A stretch of 64,000 nucleotides of DNA, from assembly GCA_965658995.1 (NCBI GenBank), contig CBFHVI010000004.1, forward strand, positions 7,836-71,835, given 5' to 3'. Source of the stretch: Flavobacteriales bacterium (GTDB lineage Bacteria > Bacteroidota > Bacteroidia > Flavobacteriales_D > CAJJDF01). Positions 30,926 through 40,075 of this stretch are shown here, piece by piece (the stretch's first letter is position 1; each line of letters opens with the position of its first letter). Under the pieces are notes generated by a model. The model had not been told where the DNA came from and did not search any database. It saw nothing but the letters and a program-made list of their open reading frames with translations. The position numbers and the translations under genes were made by a program.

Positions 30926-31030
30926 GTCATCCTGAACTTGATTCAGGATCTCACAAAGAATATTTCGCAGTATTAAAAGTTGCGGTAACATTTCATTGAA
31001 ACGAGATGCAGAACTAAACTCAGCATGACA
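30926..31030. repeat. convergent pair of GTCA-footed REP-like palindromes
   Basis: GTCATCCTGAACTTGATTCAGGATCTC (30926-30952) and GAGATGCAGAACTAAACTCAGCATGACA (31003-31030). Confidence 0.8.
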
Positions 31031-31136
31031 GAACCCCATCAGTTCAAAATAAAAAACAACCAAAAACACACATAATATTGCTAAATACTTAGGAAAATGA
31101 TATTTTCGTTAATTACTATTAAAATCAACTAAAACT

Positions 31137-32411
31137 ATGTCATATTTATTTACTTCCGAATCGGTATCCGAAGGACATCCAGACAAGGTAGCTGACCAAA
31201 TTTCAGATGCATTGATTGATAATTTTTTAGCCTTTGATAAAGATTCAAAAGTGGCTTGCGAAACACTGGTAACAACAGGGCAAGTGGTGCTGGCTGGAGA
31301 AGTAAAATCTCAGACTTACCTCGATGTACAAAAAATAGCACGAGATGTAATCAACAAAATAGGATACACCAAAAGTGACTACATGTTTGAAGGAAGCTCT
31401 TGTGGAGTGTTTTCGGCAATTCACGAGCAGTCGCAAGACATAAACCAAGGAGTAGACAAAGCCAACAAAGAAGAGCAAGGTGCTGGAGACCAAGGAATGA
31501 TGTTTGGGTATGCAACAGACGAAACCGACAATTACATGCCACTTGCACTTGAACTGTCGCACAGATTGTTGAAAGAATTGGCAGAATTGAGAAGAGAAAA
31601 CAAAGACATCGATTACCTAAGACCAGACGCAAAGTCGCAGGTGACAATAGAATATTCGGATGACAATGTACCACAAAGAATAGACGCGATAGTGGTTTCT
31701 ACTCAGCACGATGATTTTATCAAAACAGGAAACAAAAAAGAAGACGATCACAAGATGTTGGCTAAGATCAAATCTGACATCATAAATATTTTGATTCCGA
31801 GAGTGAAAGCTAAGTTGCCAGCCAACATCCAAGCATTGTTCACAGACGATATTACTTACCACATCAATCCTACGGGAACTTTCGTAATAGGAGGACCTCA
31901 CGGAGATACAGGACTTACTGGAAGAAAAATAATCGTAGATACTTATGGTGGAAAAGGAGCCCACGGAGGTGGAGCATTTTCCGGTAAAGACCCATCAAAG
32001 GTAGATAGATCGGGAGCTTACGCTACTCGTCATATCGCCAAAAACTTGGTAGCTGCAGGATTGTGCAAAGAAGTATTGGTGCAGGTTTCGTACGCTATTG
32101 GAGTGGCAAAACCAACCAGTATCAACGTAGAAACCTACGGAACTTCCAATATAAACATGACAGACGGAGAAATCTCTAAAAAAGTAGAAGAATTGTTTGA
32201 CATGAGGCCTTATTTTATCGAACAAAGATTGAAATTAAGAACTCCTATCTACTCCGAAACAGCTGCTTACGGGCACATGGGAAGAATTCCAGAAGTGAAA
32301 ACAGTAACCTTTACCTCTCCAAATGGAGAAACAGTAAGCCAAGAAGTAGAAACTTTTACTTGGGAAAAATTGGATTACGTAGACAAAGTAAAAGCTGCTT
32401 TTGGATTGTAA
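31137..32411 (+). CDS. metK: S-adenosylmethionine synthetase
   Basis: [35 protein letters not shown]. Confidence 0.98.
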   Translation: MSYLFTSESVSEGHPDKVADQISDALIDNFLAFDKDSKVACETLVTTGQVVLAGEVKSQTYLDVQKIARDVINKIGYTKSDYMFEGSSCGVFSAIHEQSQDINQGVDKANKEEQGAGDQGMMFGYATDETDNYMPLALELSHRLLKELAELRRENKDIDYLRPDAKSQVTIEYSDDNVPQRIDAIVVSTQHDDFIKTGNKKEDDHKMLAKIKSDIINILIPRVKAKLPANIQALFTDDITYHINPTGTFVIGGPHGDTGLTGRKIIVDTYGGKGAHGGGAFSGKDPSKVDRSGAYATRHIAKNLVAAGLCKEVLVQVSYAIGVAKPTSINVETYGTSNINMTDGEISKKVEELFDMRPYFIEQRLKLRTPIYSETAAYGHMGRIPEVKTVTFTSPNGETVSQEVETFTWEKLDYVDKVKAAFGL

Positions 32412-32434
32412 TACCTTTAGCATTGAATGATAGT

Positions 32435-32467
32435 AAATGACTGCTCAAAAAAGCAGTCATTTTTTTT
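32435..32467 (+). terminator. intrinsic terminator of metK
   Basis: AAATGACTGCT-loop-AGCAGTCATTT followed by a T run. Confidence 0.85.
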
Positions 32468-32706
32468 GGACATAATTAGTCTTCCTCCGTCCTCCTGAAT
32501 TCGATTCGGAATCTACCGTTTTACTCAGAATTTCATTGTTGATAAAGGCAAGTGTGAAACCAAAACCCCAGAACTTTAGTTTCCAAATAATACTTTGAGT
32601 TGACTCAGCACAAGAGTTTGGTACGACCACTGCTTTATTAATCCAAAAACAGAGAGAACAAACCCAATAATTTCCTTAATTTTGTACCCTAAAACATCGA
32701 AATACT

Positions 32707-35334
32707 ATGGAAATTCCAGCAACATATAATTCACAAGAAGTAGAAGATAAATGGTACGCCAATTGGCTTGCCAACAAACATTTCAACTCTACTCCAGACG
32801 ATAGAGAAGCTTACACCATTGTGATTCCACCGCCAAACGTAACGGGAGTTTTGCATATGGGGCACATGCTCAACAACACCATTCAGGATGTATTGGTGCG
32901 AAGAGCTCGTTTGCTCGGAAAAAATGCCTGCTGGGTTCCCGGTACCGATCACGCTTCTATTGCTACCGAAGCCAAAGTGGTGGCGAAGCTCAAAGACGAA
33001 GGAATTAACAAAAGTGACCTCACTCGTGACGAGTTTTTGGTGCATGCCTGGGAATGGACGCACAAGCATGGAGGAATTATTCTGGATCAACTCAAAAAAC
33101 TAGGAGCATCCTGCGATTGGGACAGAACAAAATTCACGATGGACGATGATTTATCGGGATCTGTGACCAAAACGTTTGTGGATTTATATAACAAAGGTCT
33201 GATTTACAGAGGATATCGAATGGTAAACTGGGATCCATCTGCCAAAACTACCTTGTCTGACGAAGAAGTGGTTCACATAGAAGAAGAGGGAAAATTATAC
33301 TATTTAAAGTATAAAATTGAAGGGTCGGACGACTCGTTGATGATAGCAACCACACGTCCCGAAACTATTTTTGGAGATACTGCCATTTGTATCAACCCAA
33401 ATGACGAACGATTTGCTCATTTGAAAGGAAAAAAGGCGATTGTACCAATCGTGGAAAGAGCCATTCCTATCATAGAAGACGAATACGTAGATGTAGAATT
33501 TGGAACAGGATGCCTGAAAATTACACCAGCTCACGATCCTAATGATAAGCTAATTGGAGACACTCACAAGCTAGAGGTTATCGATATTTTTAATGACGAT
33601 GCCACCCTCAATTCTTTTGGGATGCACTACGAGGGGAAAGACAGATTTGTGGTACGTGAAGAGATAGAAAAAGAGCTCAAAGAAATGGGTTCTTTGGTAA
33701 AAATAGAAAAGCACACTCACAAAGTAGGAACAAGCGAAAGAACAAAAGCCGTGATTGAGCCAAAGATTTCGGTTCAGTGGTTTTTGAGCATGGAAAAATT
33801 GGCAAAACCAGCGCTGGACAATGTGATGAACGACACTATTCAGTTTCATCCAGCTAAGTTCAAAAACTCTTACCGCAACTGGATGGAGAACGTGAGAGAT
33901 TGGAATATCAGTCGTCAGCTGTGGTGGGGACACCAAATCCCTGCGTTCTTTTATGGCGAAGGAATGGAAGATTTTGTGGTCGCAGAAACCATCGAAAAAG
34001 CATTGCCTTTAGCTCAAGAAAAAACAGGAAATTCGGGATTGACCATTGCCGATTTGAAACAAGATAATGATGCGTTGGATACCTGGTTTAGCTCGTGGTT
34101 GTGGCCAATCAGTGTGTTTGATGGGATTAATAATCCTGACAACGAAGAAATTAATTATTACTACCCAACCAATGATTTGGTAACGGCTCCAGAAATTATG
34201 TTTTTCTGGGTGGCACGTATGATAATAGCGGGTTACGAATACAAAGGCGAATTGCCTTTCAAGAATGTGTATTACACCGGAATAGTGCGGGACAAGCAAG
34301 GAAGAAAGATGAGTAAATCCCTTGGAAACTCACCCGACCCAATTGGACTCATTCACCAGTACGGAGCCGATGGAGTGCGAGTAGGAATGCTCTTGAGTTC
34401 GCCAGCTGGAAACGACTTACCTTTTGATGAATCGTTGTGCGAGACAGGAAGGAATTTTACTACCAAAATTTGGAATGCCTTTAAGCTGACTCAATTGTGG
34501 GAAGTTGCCGACATTGCCCAACCAGAATCCAGCAAAATTGCGCTAGACTGGTTCGAAAATAAACTGACCAAAACACTTGAAGACATCAACACATCTTACG
34601 ACAAATTCCGTATTTCGGAAGCCTTGATGAGCACGTACAAATTGGTGTATGATGATTTTTGTGGATGGTTGCTCGAGATGGTAAAACCAGCCTACCAACA
34701 ACCGATAGATAAAACAACCTACGACAGATTGGTACAATTATTCGAAAAAGTATTGGTGGTGATGCATCCATTTACACCTTTCGTTTCGGAAGAAATTTGG
34801 CATTTATTACTGCAAAAAGACGAAAAAGAAACCATAAACTACCAAAAATGGCCAGAAATAACCCAAATAGACGAAAACTTACTTTCTGAGTTTGAGGTAG
34901 CAGCAGAGGTAATTTCGGGAATTCGTACCATCAGAAAAGACAACAACTTGGCACAAAAAAACGCCATTGAGCTTTTGGTAAAAAAAGGAGAACACTACTC
35001 CAACACCTTTGATTCTGTGATTCAGAAAATGGGGAATGTTTCTCGTTTTGATTTTGTGACAGACAAGCGAGAAAACTCTTTTTCTTTTATCGTAAAAGGA
35101 AACGAATACTTTGTGCCATTTGGAGATGCCATAGATGTAGAAGCCGAAAAAGCTAAGCTAGAAGAAGAGCTAAACTACACCAAAGGTTTCTTGAACACGG
35201 TTATGAAAAAGCTAAGCAACGAGCGTTTTGTAGCTGGAGCACCTGAGCAAGTTGTAGCCAACGAACGAGCCAAGCAACAAGATGCCGAACAAAAAATTGC
35301 TATCCTGGAAGAGAAGTTGAAGGGACTTAAGTAA
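32707..35334 (+). CDS. valS: valine--tRNA ligase
   Basis: PPPNVTG.LHMGH, DWNISRQLWWGH, KMSKS, C-terminal coiled coil. Confidence 0.98.
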   Translation: MEIPATYNSQEVEDKWYANWLANKHFNSTPDDREAYTIVIPPPNVTGVLHMGHMLNNTIQDVLVRRARLLGKNACWVPGTDHASIATEAKVVAKLKDEGINKSDLTRDEFLVHAWEWTHKHGGIILDQLKKLGASCDWDRTKFTMDDDLSGSVTKTFVDLYNKGLIYRGYRMVNWDPSAKTTLSDEEVVHIEEEGKLYYLKYKIEGSDDSLMIATTRPETIFGDTAICINPNDERFAHLKGKKAIVPIVERAIPIIEDEYVDVEFGTGCLKITPAHDPNDKLIGDTHKLEVIDIFNDDATLNSFGMHYEGKDRFVVREEIEKELKEMGSLVKIEKHTHKVGTSERTKAVIEPKISVQWFLSMEKLAKPALDNVMNDTIQFHPAKFKNSYRNWMENVRDWNISRQLWWGHQIPAFFYGEGMEDFVVAETIEKALPLAQEKTGNSGLTIADLKQDNDALDTWFSSWLWPISVFDGINNPDNEEINYYYPTNDLVTAPEIMFFWVARMIIAGYEYKGELPFKNVYYTGIVRDKQGRKMSKSLGNSPDPIGLIHQYGADGVRVGMLLSSPAGNDLPFDESLCETGRNFTTKIWNAFKLTQLWEVADIAQPESSKIALDWFENKLTKTLEDINTSYDKFRISEALMSTYKLVYDDFCGWLLEMVKPAYQQPIDKTTYDRLVQLFEKVLVVMHPFTPFVSEEIWHLLLQKDEKETINYQKWPEITQIDENLLSEFEVAAEVISGIRTIRKDNNLAQKNAIELLVKKGEHYSNTFDSVIQKMGNVSRFDFVTDKRENSFSFIVKGNEYFVPFGDAIDVEAEKAKLEEELNYTKGFLNTVMKKLSNERFVAGAPEQVVANERAKQQDAEQKIAILEEKLKGLK

Positions 35335-35379
35335 GATTTTCGTATGTTCTGATTCTCGGATATTCAGACTTTTTCATCC

Positions 35380-35675
35380 GTCAGTTCGAGTGATTACATT
35401 CGAACGTTAATGAGAGTGAAATTGTATCGAGAACCTTTCCATCTGTCATTCCGGCCTCCGAGTCGGAATCTAGTGTTTCACTAGGCAGGTTTAAGAGTGT
35501 ACTTATTCATCAGTCATCCTGAATTTATTTCAGGATCTAGCAAAGATTAGTACAAGTTTATTTTTTTACTATTTCAATGATTAGAGATGCTGAAATAAAT
35601 TCAGCATGAGGTTGCTTCTTTTACGAAAAAGAAAAAATGTAAAACTTTAGATTCCAAATCAAGTTTGGAATGACA
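35380..35675. repeat. cluster of REP-like palindromes with nested inverted pairs
   Basis: Units at 35380-35434, 35445-35471, 35513-35538, 35584-35609 (inverted) and 35649-35675 (inverted). Confidence 0.8.
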
Positions 35676-35708
35676 GTTAATTGTTGAGTTTTGAAATGTA
35701 GTAATCTC

Positions 35709-36065
35709 CTAAACCAACTGATAAAAAGCATCCTCAATATGATTAATCGTATTCCCAAAAAGCGTTATTGCTATGATATCAAAACGGATATCTAAGTCAA
35801 TGTCATTTTCTTGAATATAGTAATTGGCACCCAAGGTAATTTTTTTTTGTTTACTACGCGTAACCGACAACTCTGGCTCCTGAAAAAACGCATTGGTACG
35901 TGTTTTTACCTCCACAAAAGCGATTGTTTTATCCTTTATGGCTATGATGTCAATCTCCGATTTTTTGTACCTGAAATTACGCGAAACAATCCTGTAACCC
36001 TTTTTTACCAAAAACTGCACCGCCATTTCTTCCCCTTCCTTCCCCGTATCGTTGTGTTGGGCCAT
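35709..36065 (-). CDS. yraN: YraN family (UPF0102) PD-(D/E)XK nuclease-like protein
   Basis: G.EGE..A, EIDII, FVEVKTR, RFDII, HIEDAF. Confidence 0.92.
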   Translation of the reverse strand: MAQHNDTGKEGEEMAVQFLVKKGYRIVSRNFRYKKSEIDIIAIKDKTIAFVEVKTRTNAFFQEPELSVTRSKQKKITLGANYYIQENDIDLDIRFDIIAITLFGNTINHIEDAFYQLV

Positions 36066-36069
36066 TGTT

Positions 36070-36360
36070 TTAGATTATTGATGTTAGATAATAGACCTTA
36101 GACTTTTTTAAAGATAAACAAAAAAGAGCAAAGCGAATTTCCACTTTTCTCCAACATCTTTTGTCTAGAATCAATTATCTAAAATCTAACATCTAAGTTT
36201 TGTGAACTGAAAATCTAGCTTAAGCTATTCATCTGCGATTACCACCCTCAATCACTCCTTAATGTGGAAAGTAAGAATAGCAAAATATGAAAAAAAAGAG
36301 CAAAGTGAAAATGTGCTTTGCTCTTTTGTCTAACATCTAAGTTCTATAATCTAATATCTC
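36070..36360. repeat. heptamer (TCTAANN) tandem arrays and duplicated AAAAGAGCAAAG element
   Basis: TCTAACA TCTAAGT TCTATAA TCTAATA (36328-36360), a similar array near 36165-36197 and an inverted array near 36070-36105; AAAAGAGCAAAG at about 36122 and 36294. Confidence 0.65.
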
Positions 36361-36361
36361 A

Positions 36362-37654
36362 TTAAGAGTTCATCAGCTCTTCAATCTCCTCCACTTCCAG
36401 CGGAATATTCTGCATAAGATTAAACAATCCACCAGACTCTTGCACGACATAATCATCCTCCAGTCTTATTCCCAGATTTTCTTCGGGGATGTAGATTCCT
36501 GGCTCTATCGTAAACACGTTTCCAGCCTGAATCGGTTCGTGCCACAATCCCACATCGTGCGTATCTAGCCCTATAAAATGAGAAGTTCCGTGCATAAAAT
36601 ACTTTTTGTAAGCTGGCCAATCTGGATTCTGATTCTTAATATCCGTTTGGTCAATCAGTTTTAGTTTCAACAATTGCTCTTCCATCAGTTTCCCAACTTC
36701 CGCATGATATTCGTGTAAATTTACGCCTGGCGACAAGAGTTTTTCACACTCTTTTTTTACGAGAAGCACCGCGTTGTACACGTCTTTTTGCCTTTCCGTA
36801 AACTTTCCATTTACCGGCACCGACCTGGTCATGTCGCTGGCATAATTGGCATATTCTGCTCCAAAATCCATCAAAATCACGTCCCCATCTTTGCATTCTG
36901 CGTTGTTTTCGATGTAGTGCAGCACGCATGCATTATATCCCGAACCAATAATTGGAGTATACGAAAACCCTTTGGAGCGGTTGTTTAAAAACTCGTGCAT
37001 CAATTCTGCCTCAATGTTGTATTCCATCACCCCAGGTTTGATAAACGGAAGAATCCTCCTAAATCCTTTTTCGGTAATGTTGCAAGCGGTTTGCATCAAA
37101 TCAATTTCTATCGGATGTTTTATGGAACGCACTCGATGCACAATAGGAGCTGACTGTAGGTAAGTATGAGCAGGATATTCGGTCATCATCCACGACACGA
37201 AACGGTCTTCCCTCGTTTCCATTTCGGTATTGGCACGAGTATGCATATTTTTGTTTATGTAAATATTGTCTGCCTCAGCCACCAGTGTTTTCAGTATTTT
37301 ATGAAAATCCTGAAGCCAGTACACTGTCTTAATTCCCGAAGTTTCATAGGCAGTTTCTTTCGTTAGTTTTTCGCCTTCCCATATTTTTATCGTCTCTGAA
37401 GTTTCTTTCAAAAACAAGATTTCTCGGTGTTTTTCTTGGCTCGCATCTGGAAACAAAACCAACACACTTTCTTCTTGATCCACCCCCGAAAGCGCCAAAA
37501 TATCGCGGTGTTGCACAAAAGGCAATGTACTATCGGCCGAGGTCGAAAAAATATCGTTGCTATTAAAAATAGCTATCGAGCTGGGCTTCATGTGCTTGGT
37601 AAATTCTGCACGTTGGTGAATGAAGAGATCTTTGTTTATTCTGTGGTATTTCAT
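36362..37654 (-). CDS. pepP: Xaa-Pro aminopeptidase (M24B)
   Basis: LHY, DFGAEYANYASDMTR, HGTSHFIGLDTHD, EPGIY, GIRLEDD. Confidence 0.92.
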   Translation of the reverse strand: MKYHRINKDLFIHQRAEFTKHMKPSSIAIFNSNDIFSTSADSTLPFVQHRDILALSGVDQEESVLVLFPDASQEKHREILFLKETSETIKIWEGEKLTKETAYETSGIKTVYWLQDFHKILKTLVAEADNIYINKNMHTRANTEMETREDRFVSWMMTEYPAHTYLQSAPIVHRVRSIKHPIEIDLMQTACNITEKGFRRILPFIKPGVMEYNIEAELMHEFLNNRSKGFSYTPIIGSGYNACVLHYIENNAECKDGDVILMDFGAEYANYASDMTRSVPVNGKFTERQKDVYNAVLLVKKECEKLLSPGVNLHEYHAEVGKLMEEQLLKLKLIDQTDIKNQNPDWPAYKKYFMHGTSHFIGLDTHDVGLWHEPIQAGNVFTIEPGIYIPEENLGIRLEDDYVVQESGGLFNLMQNIPLEVEEIEELMNS

Positions 37655-37894
37655 AATCTGTTTTACTAAGTCGTTTGTGATTTTTTACTCCAAAATTCGT
37701 AAGATTTAAAGGTAACAAAAATGTCAATCATCCACCAAAATTACTCCCCAAGAATCTCGGAATATTCCATTTCCATTCACTTCCCAAAGTGGAAAAATCG
37801 CCACAAACCAATCCCAAATAACCCCAAAAAACATCCCCATCAATTTTCTATATTTACTACGATTGTCGTAAATTACACCTCCAAAATCACCCTC

Positions 37895-40075
37895 ATGAAA
37901 TCCATATTTACACTTTTTGTTGTCGTTTTGTCGCTTAGTTCTTATTCCCAAATCAGAATCAATAGCGAATCTCAACATCAAATTAATCGCCTCATCGCTC
38001 AATCCAAAACCAAGACCCATCTTGCAATAAAATCAGACAATCCGCTCCTGCCAATTTATCAAGTAAATGGCGTGCTGTGCTTGTCTACGATAGCCAAAGT
38101 AAACAGCCATTTTACCCCAGCCGATGTACTCGACCAAGCATTCGTAGGAAGTAGAGTAGCCGATGTAATTACCCTAAAAATCCCTCTTCAAAACTTGCCC
38201 AATATACAGAGTTTTGAAAACATAACCCAACTCAATGTTGCCGAGCGAATCCTGCCTCACAATCACAAAATGACTGCCGATGTGCGAGCCGACAGTGTTT
38301 GGTTAGGGTATGGACTGTCAGCTGGTTACACAGGCAAAAATGTATTGATAGGAATCACAGATTGGGGATTTGATTACGACCACCCAATGTTTATGGACAC
38401 AAGTCTCACAACCTCAAGAATCCGAGCAGCCTGGGATCATTTTAAGCACGCAGGAAACCAACCAGCAGGATTTGGCTATGGCGTAGAATATGTAACACCA
38501 ACAGAATTGGACAATGCCAATTCGGATACCGCAGGAGATTATTACGGCTATGCCACCCACGGAAATCACGTAGCGGGAACAGCCGCAGGAAGCGGAGGAG
38601 GAACCATACACCGTGGAGTTGCTTTTGAGTCGGAGTATCTTTTCAATTCCATCAGGCTCGATGCTGGAGCTGCCATCGATGCATTTGTGTGGATGAAAAA
38701 CATTGCCGACAACGACAACAAAAGACTCGTTATAAACATGAGTTGGGGATTGTACTACCTCGGAACCATGGATGGCACCTCTCTGGTAAGTCAAGCCATA
38801 GATTCGCTCAGTATTCAAGGAGTGACTTTTGTGACTTCGGGAGGAAACAATGGCGATGCCGATTTTCACATCAAAAAAACATTTTCGACCGACAGCATCC
38901 GAACAAGAATAGGATTTTATCCCTATTCGGCTCATCCCTCGATGTGGGGACAATGCATTTCTATGTGGGGTCAGCCAGCCAATCCCTTTTATTCCAGAGT
39001 AGAAGTGTACAATTCGGCCAATCAATTGGTGGCAAGCTCTAGGTATTACGGCACAAACAACGACAACGGATATCATTCCGATTATTTATTGGTGGGGACC
39101 GACACAGTTTTTTACAATTATGCAATCGATTCGGCTCACCCCAACAACAACCGACCGCACCAAAGACTAAGAGTACAAAACACAAATACCAGCCTACGAG
39201 TTGTGCTGCATTCTTATGCCTCTTCGGGCACGGTTCACTATTGGAATGTGGTAGAACTGAGCAATGGAGTAGGAAACTGGGGCTTAGATTTTTATGCCTA
39301 TCGAAATGACGGTGTCGCAGGAGACAATTTGTATGGATTGGGCGAGCCAGCTTGCACCGAAAGCGCCATTACGGTAGCAGCTCATCAATCCCAAAATGTA
39401 GCCATCACAGGACAAGTATTTCCGGGAAATATCGCTGTGTTTTCTAGCCGAGGACCTACCTACGATGAGCGAATGAAACCCGATGTATCTGCTCCGGGGA
39501 TGAATGTAATTTCTTCTATTAATTCATACACAACAAGAAGTTACACCACCGTTACTACCACTACCCACAACGGAAGAACCTATGATTTTGCTGCTTTTTC
39601 GGGCACAAGTATGGCGTCACCCGCTACCGCAGGGGTGGTTGCTTTACTATTGGAAGCGAGTCCCACTTTGGAGCCTAGGCAAATACGAGATATTCTGAGG
39701 AATACTGCCAGAGAAGATGTGCGCACCGGAACAATTCCGACCAACGGAAGTCCAGTATGGGGACATGGTAAAGTGACTGCTACTGCGGCAATCCAACAAG
39801 CCGAAATTACGGTTTCGATAAAGGAAGAAAAGCAAGAAAACATAGACATTTCTTTATTCCCCAACCCAACTAACGGAAACTTCACGCTAGACCTTGGAAA
39901 ACAAACCCAACTAAACCGAATCTTCCTCACCGACCTAAACGGAAGATTAGTAAAAGAAATTACCCCACAAAATGTGTCGCAATACGAGATTGATTTGGAG
40001 GGCGATACCGGGGTTTATTTTTTGAGTATTGTAGGAAAAAACGATCGAAAAACGGTTAAAATCATCAAACAATAA
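37895..40075 (+). CDS. S8 subtilisin-like serine peptidase with T9SS type A sorting domain
   Basis: GITDWG (Asp), HGNHVAG (His), GTSMASP (Ser); CTD LFPNPTNG..GVYFL..KIIKQ; start moved to MKSIFTL (signal peptide). Confidence 0.92.
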   Translation: MKSIFTLFVVVLSLSSYSQIRINSESQHQINRLIAQSKTKTHLAIKSDNPLLPIYQVNGVLCLSTIAKVNSHFTPADVLDQAFVGSRVADVITLKIPLQNLPNIQSFENITQLNVAERILPHNHKMTADVRADSVWLGYGLSAGYTGKNVLIGITDWGFDYDHPMFMDTSLTTSRIRAAWDHFKHAGNQPAGFGYGVEYVTPTELDNANSDTAGDYYGYATHGNHVAGTAAGSGGGTIHRGVAFESEYLFNSIRLDAGAAIDAFVWMKNIADNDNKRLVINMSWGLYYLGTMDGTSLVSQAIDSLSIQGVTFVTSGGNNGDADFHIKKTFSTDSIRTRIGFYPYSAHPSMWGQCISMWGQPANPFYSRVEVYNSANQLVASSRYYGTNNDNGYHSDYLLVGTDTVFYNYAIDSAHPNNNRPHQRLRVQNTNTSLRVVLHSYASSGTVHYWNVVELSNGVGNWGLDFYAYRNDGVAGDNLYGLGEPACTESAITVAAHQSQNVAITGQVFPGNIAVFSSRGPTYDERMKPDVSAPGMNVISSINSYTTRSYTTVTTTTHNGRTYDFAAFSGTSMASPATAGVVALLLEASPTLEPRQIRDILRNTAREDVRTGTIPTNGSPVWGHGKVTATAAIQQAEITVSIKEEKQENIDISLFPNPTNGNFTLDLGKQTQLNRIFLTDLNGRLVKEITPQNVSQYEIDLEGDTGVYFLSIVGKNDRKTVKIIKQ

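Noticed and set aside
31031-31136. SAM riboswitch upstream of metK
   Set aside because: The leader is short and A/T-rich with no recognisable SAM-I/II/IV elements; the nearby hairpins belong to the REP-like family
37721-37894. N-terminal extension of the S8 peptidase ORF / C-rich tract
   Set aside because: The signal peptide begins at 37895; the upstream C-rich stretch shows no clear repeat unit or structure
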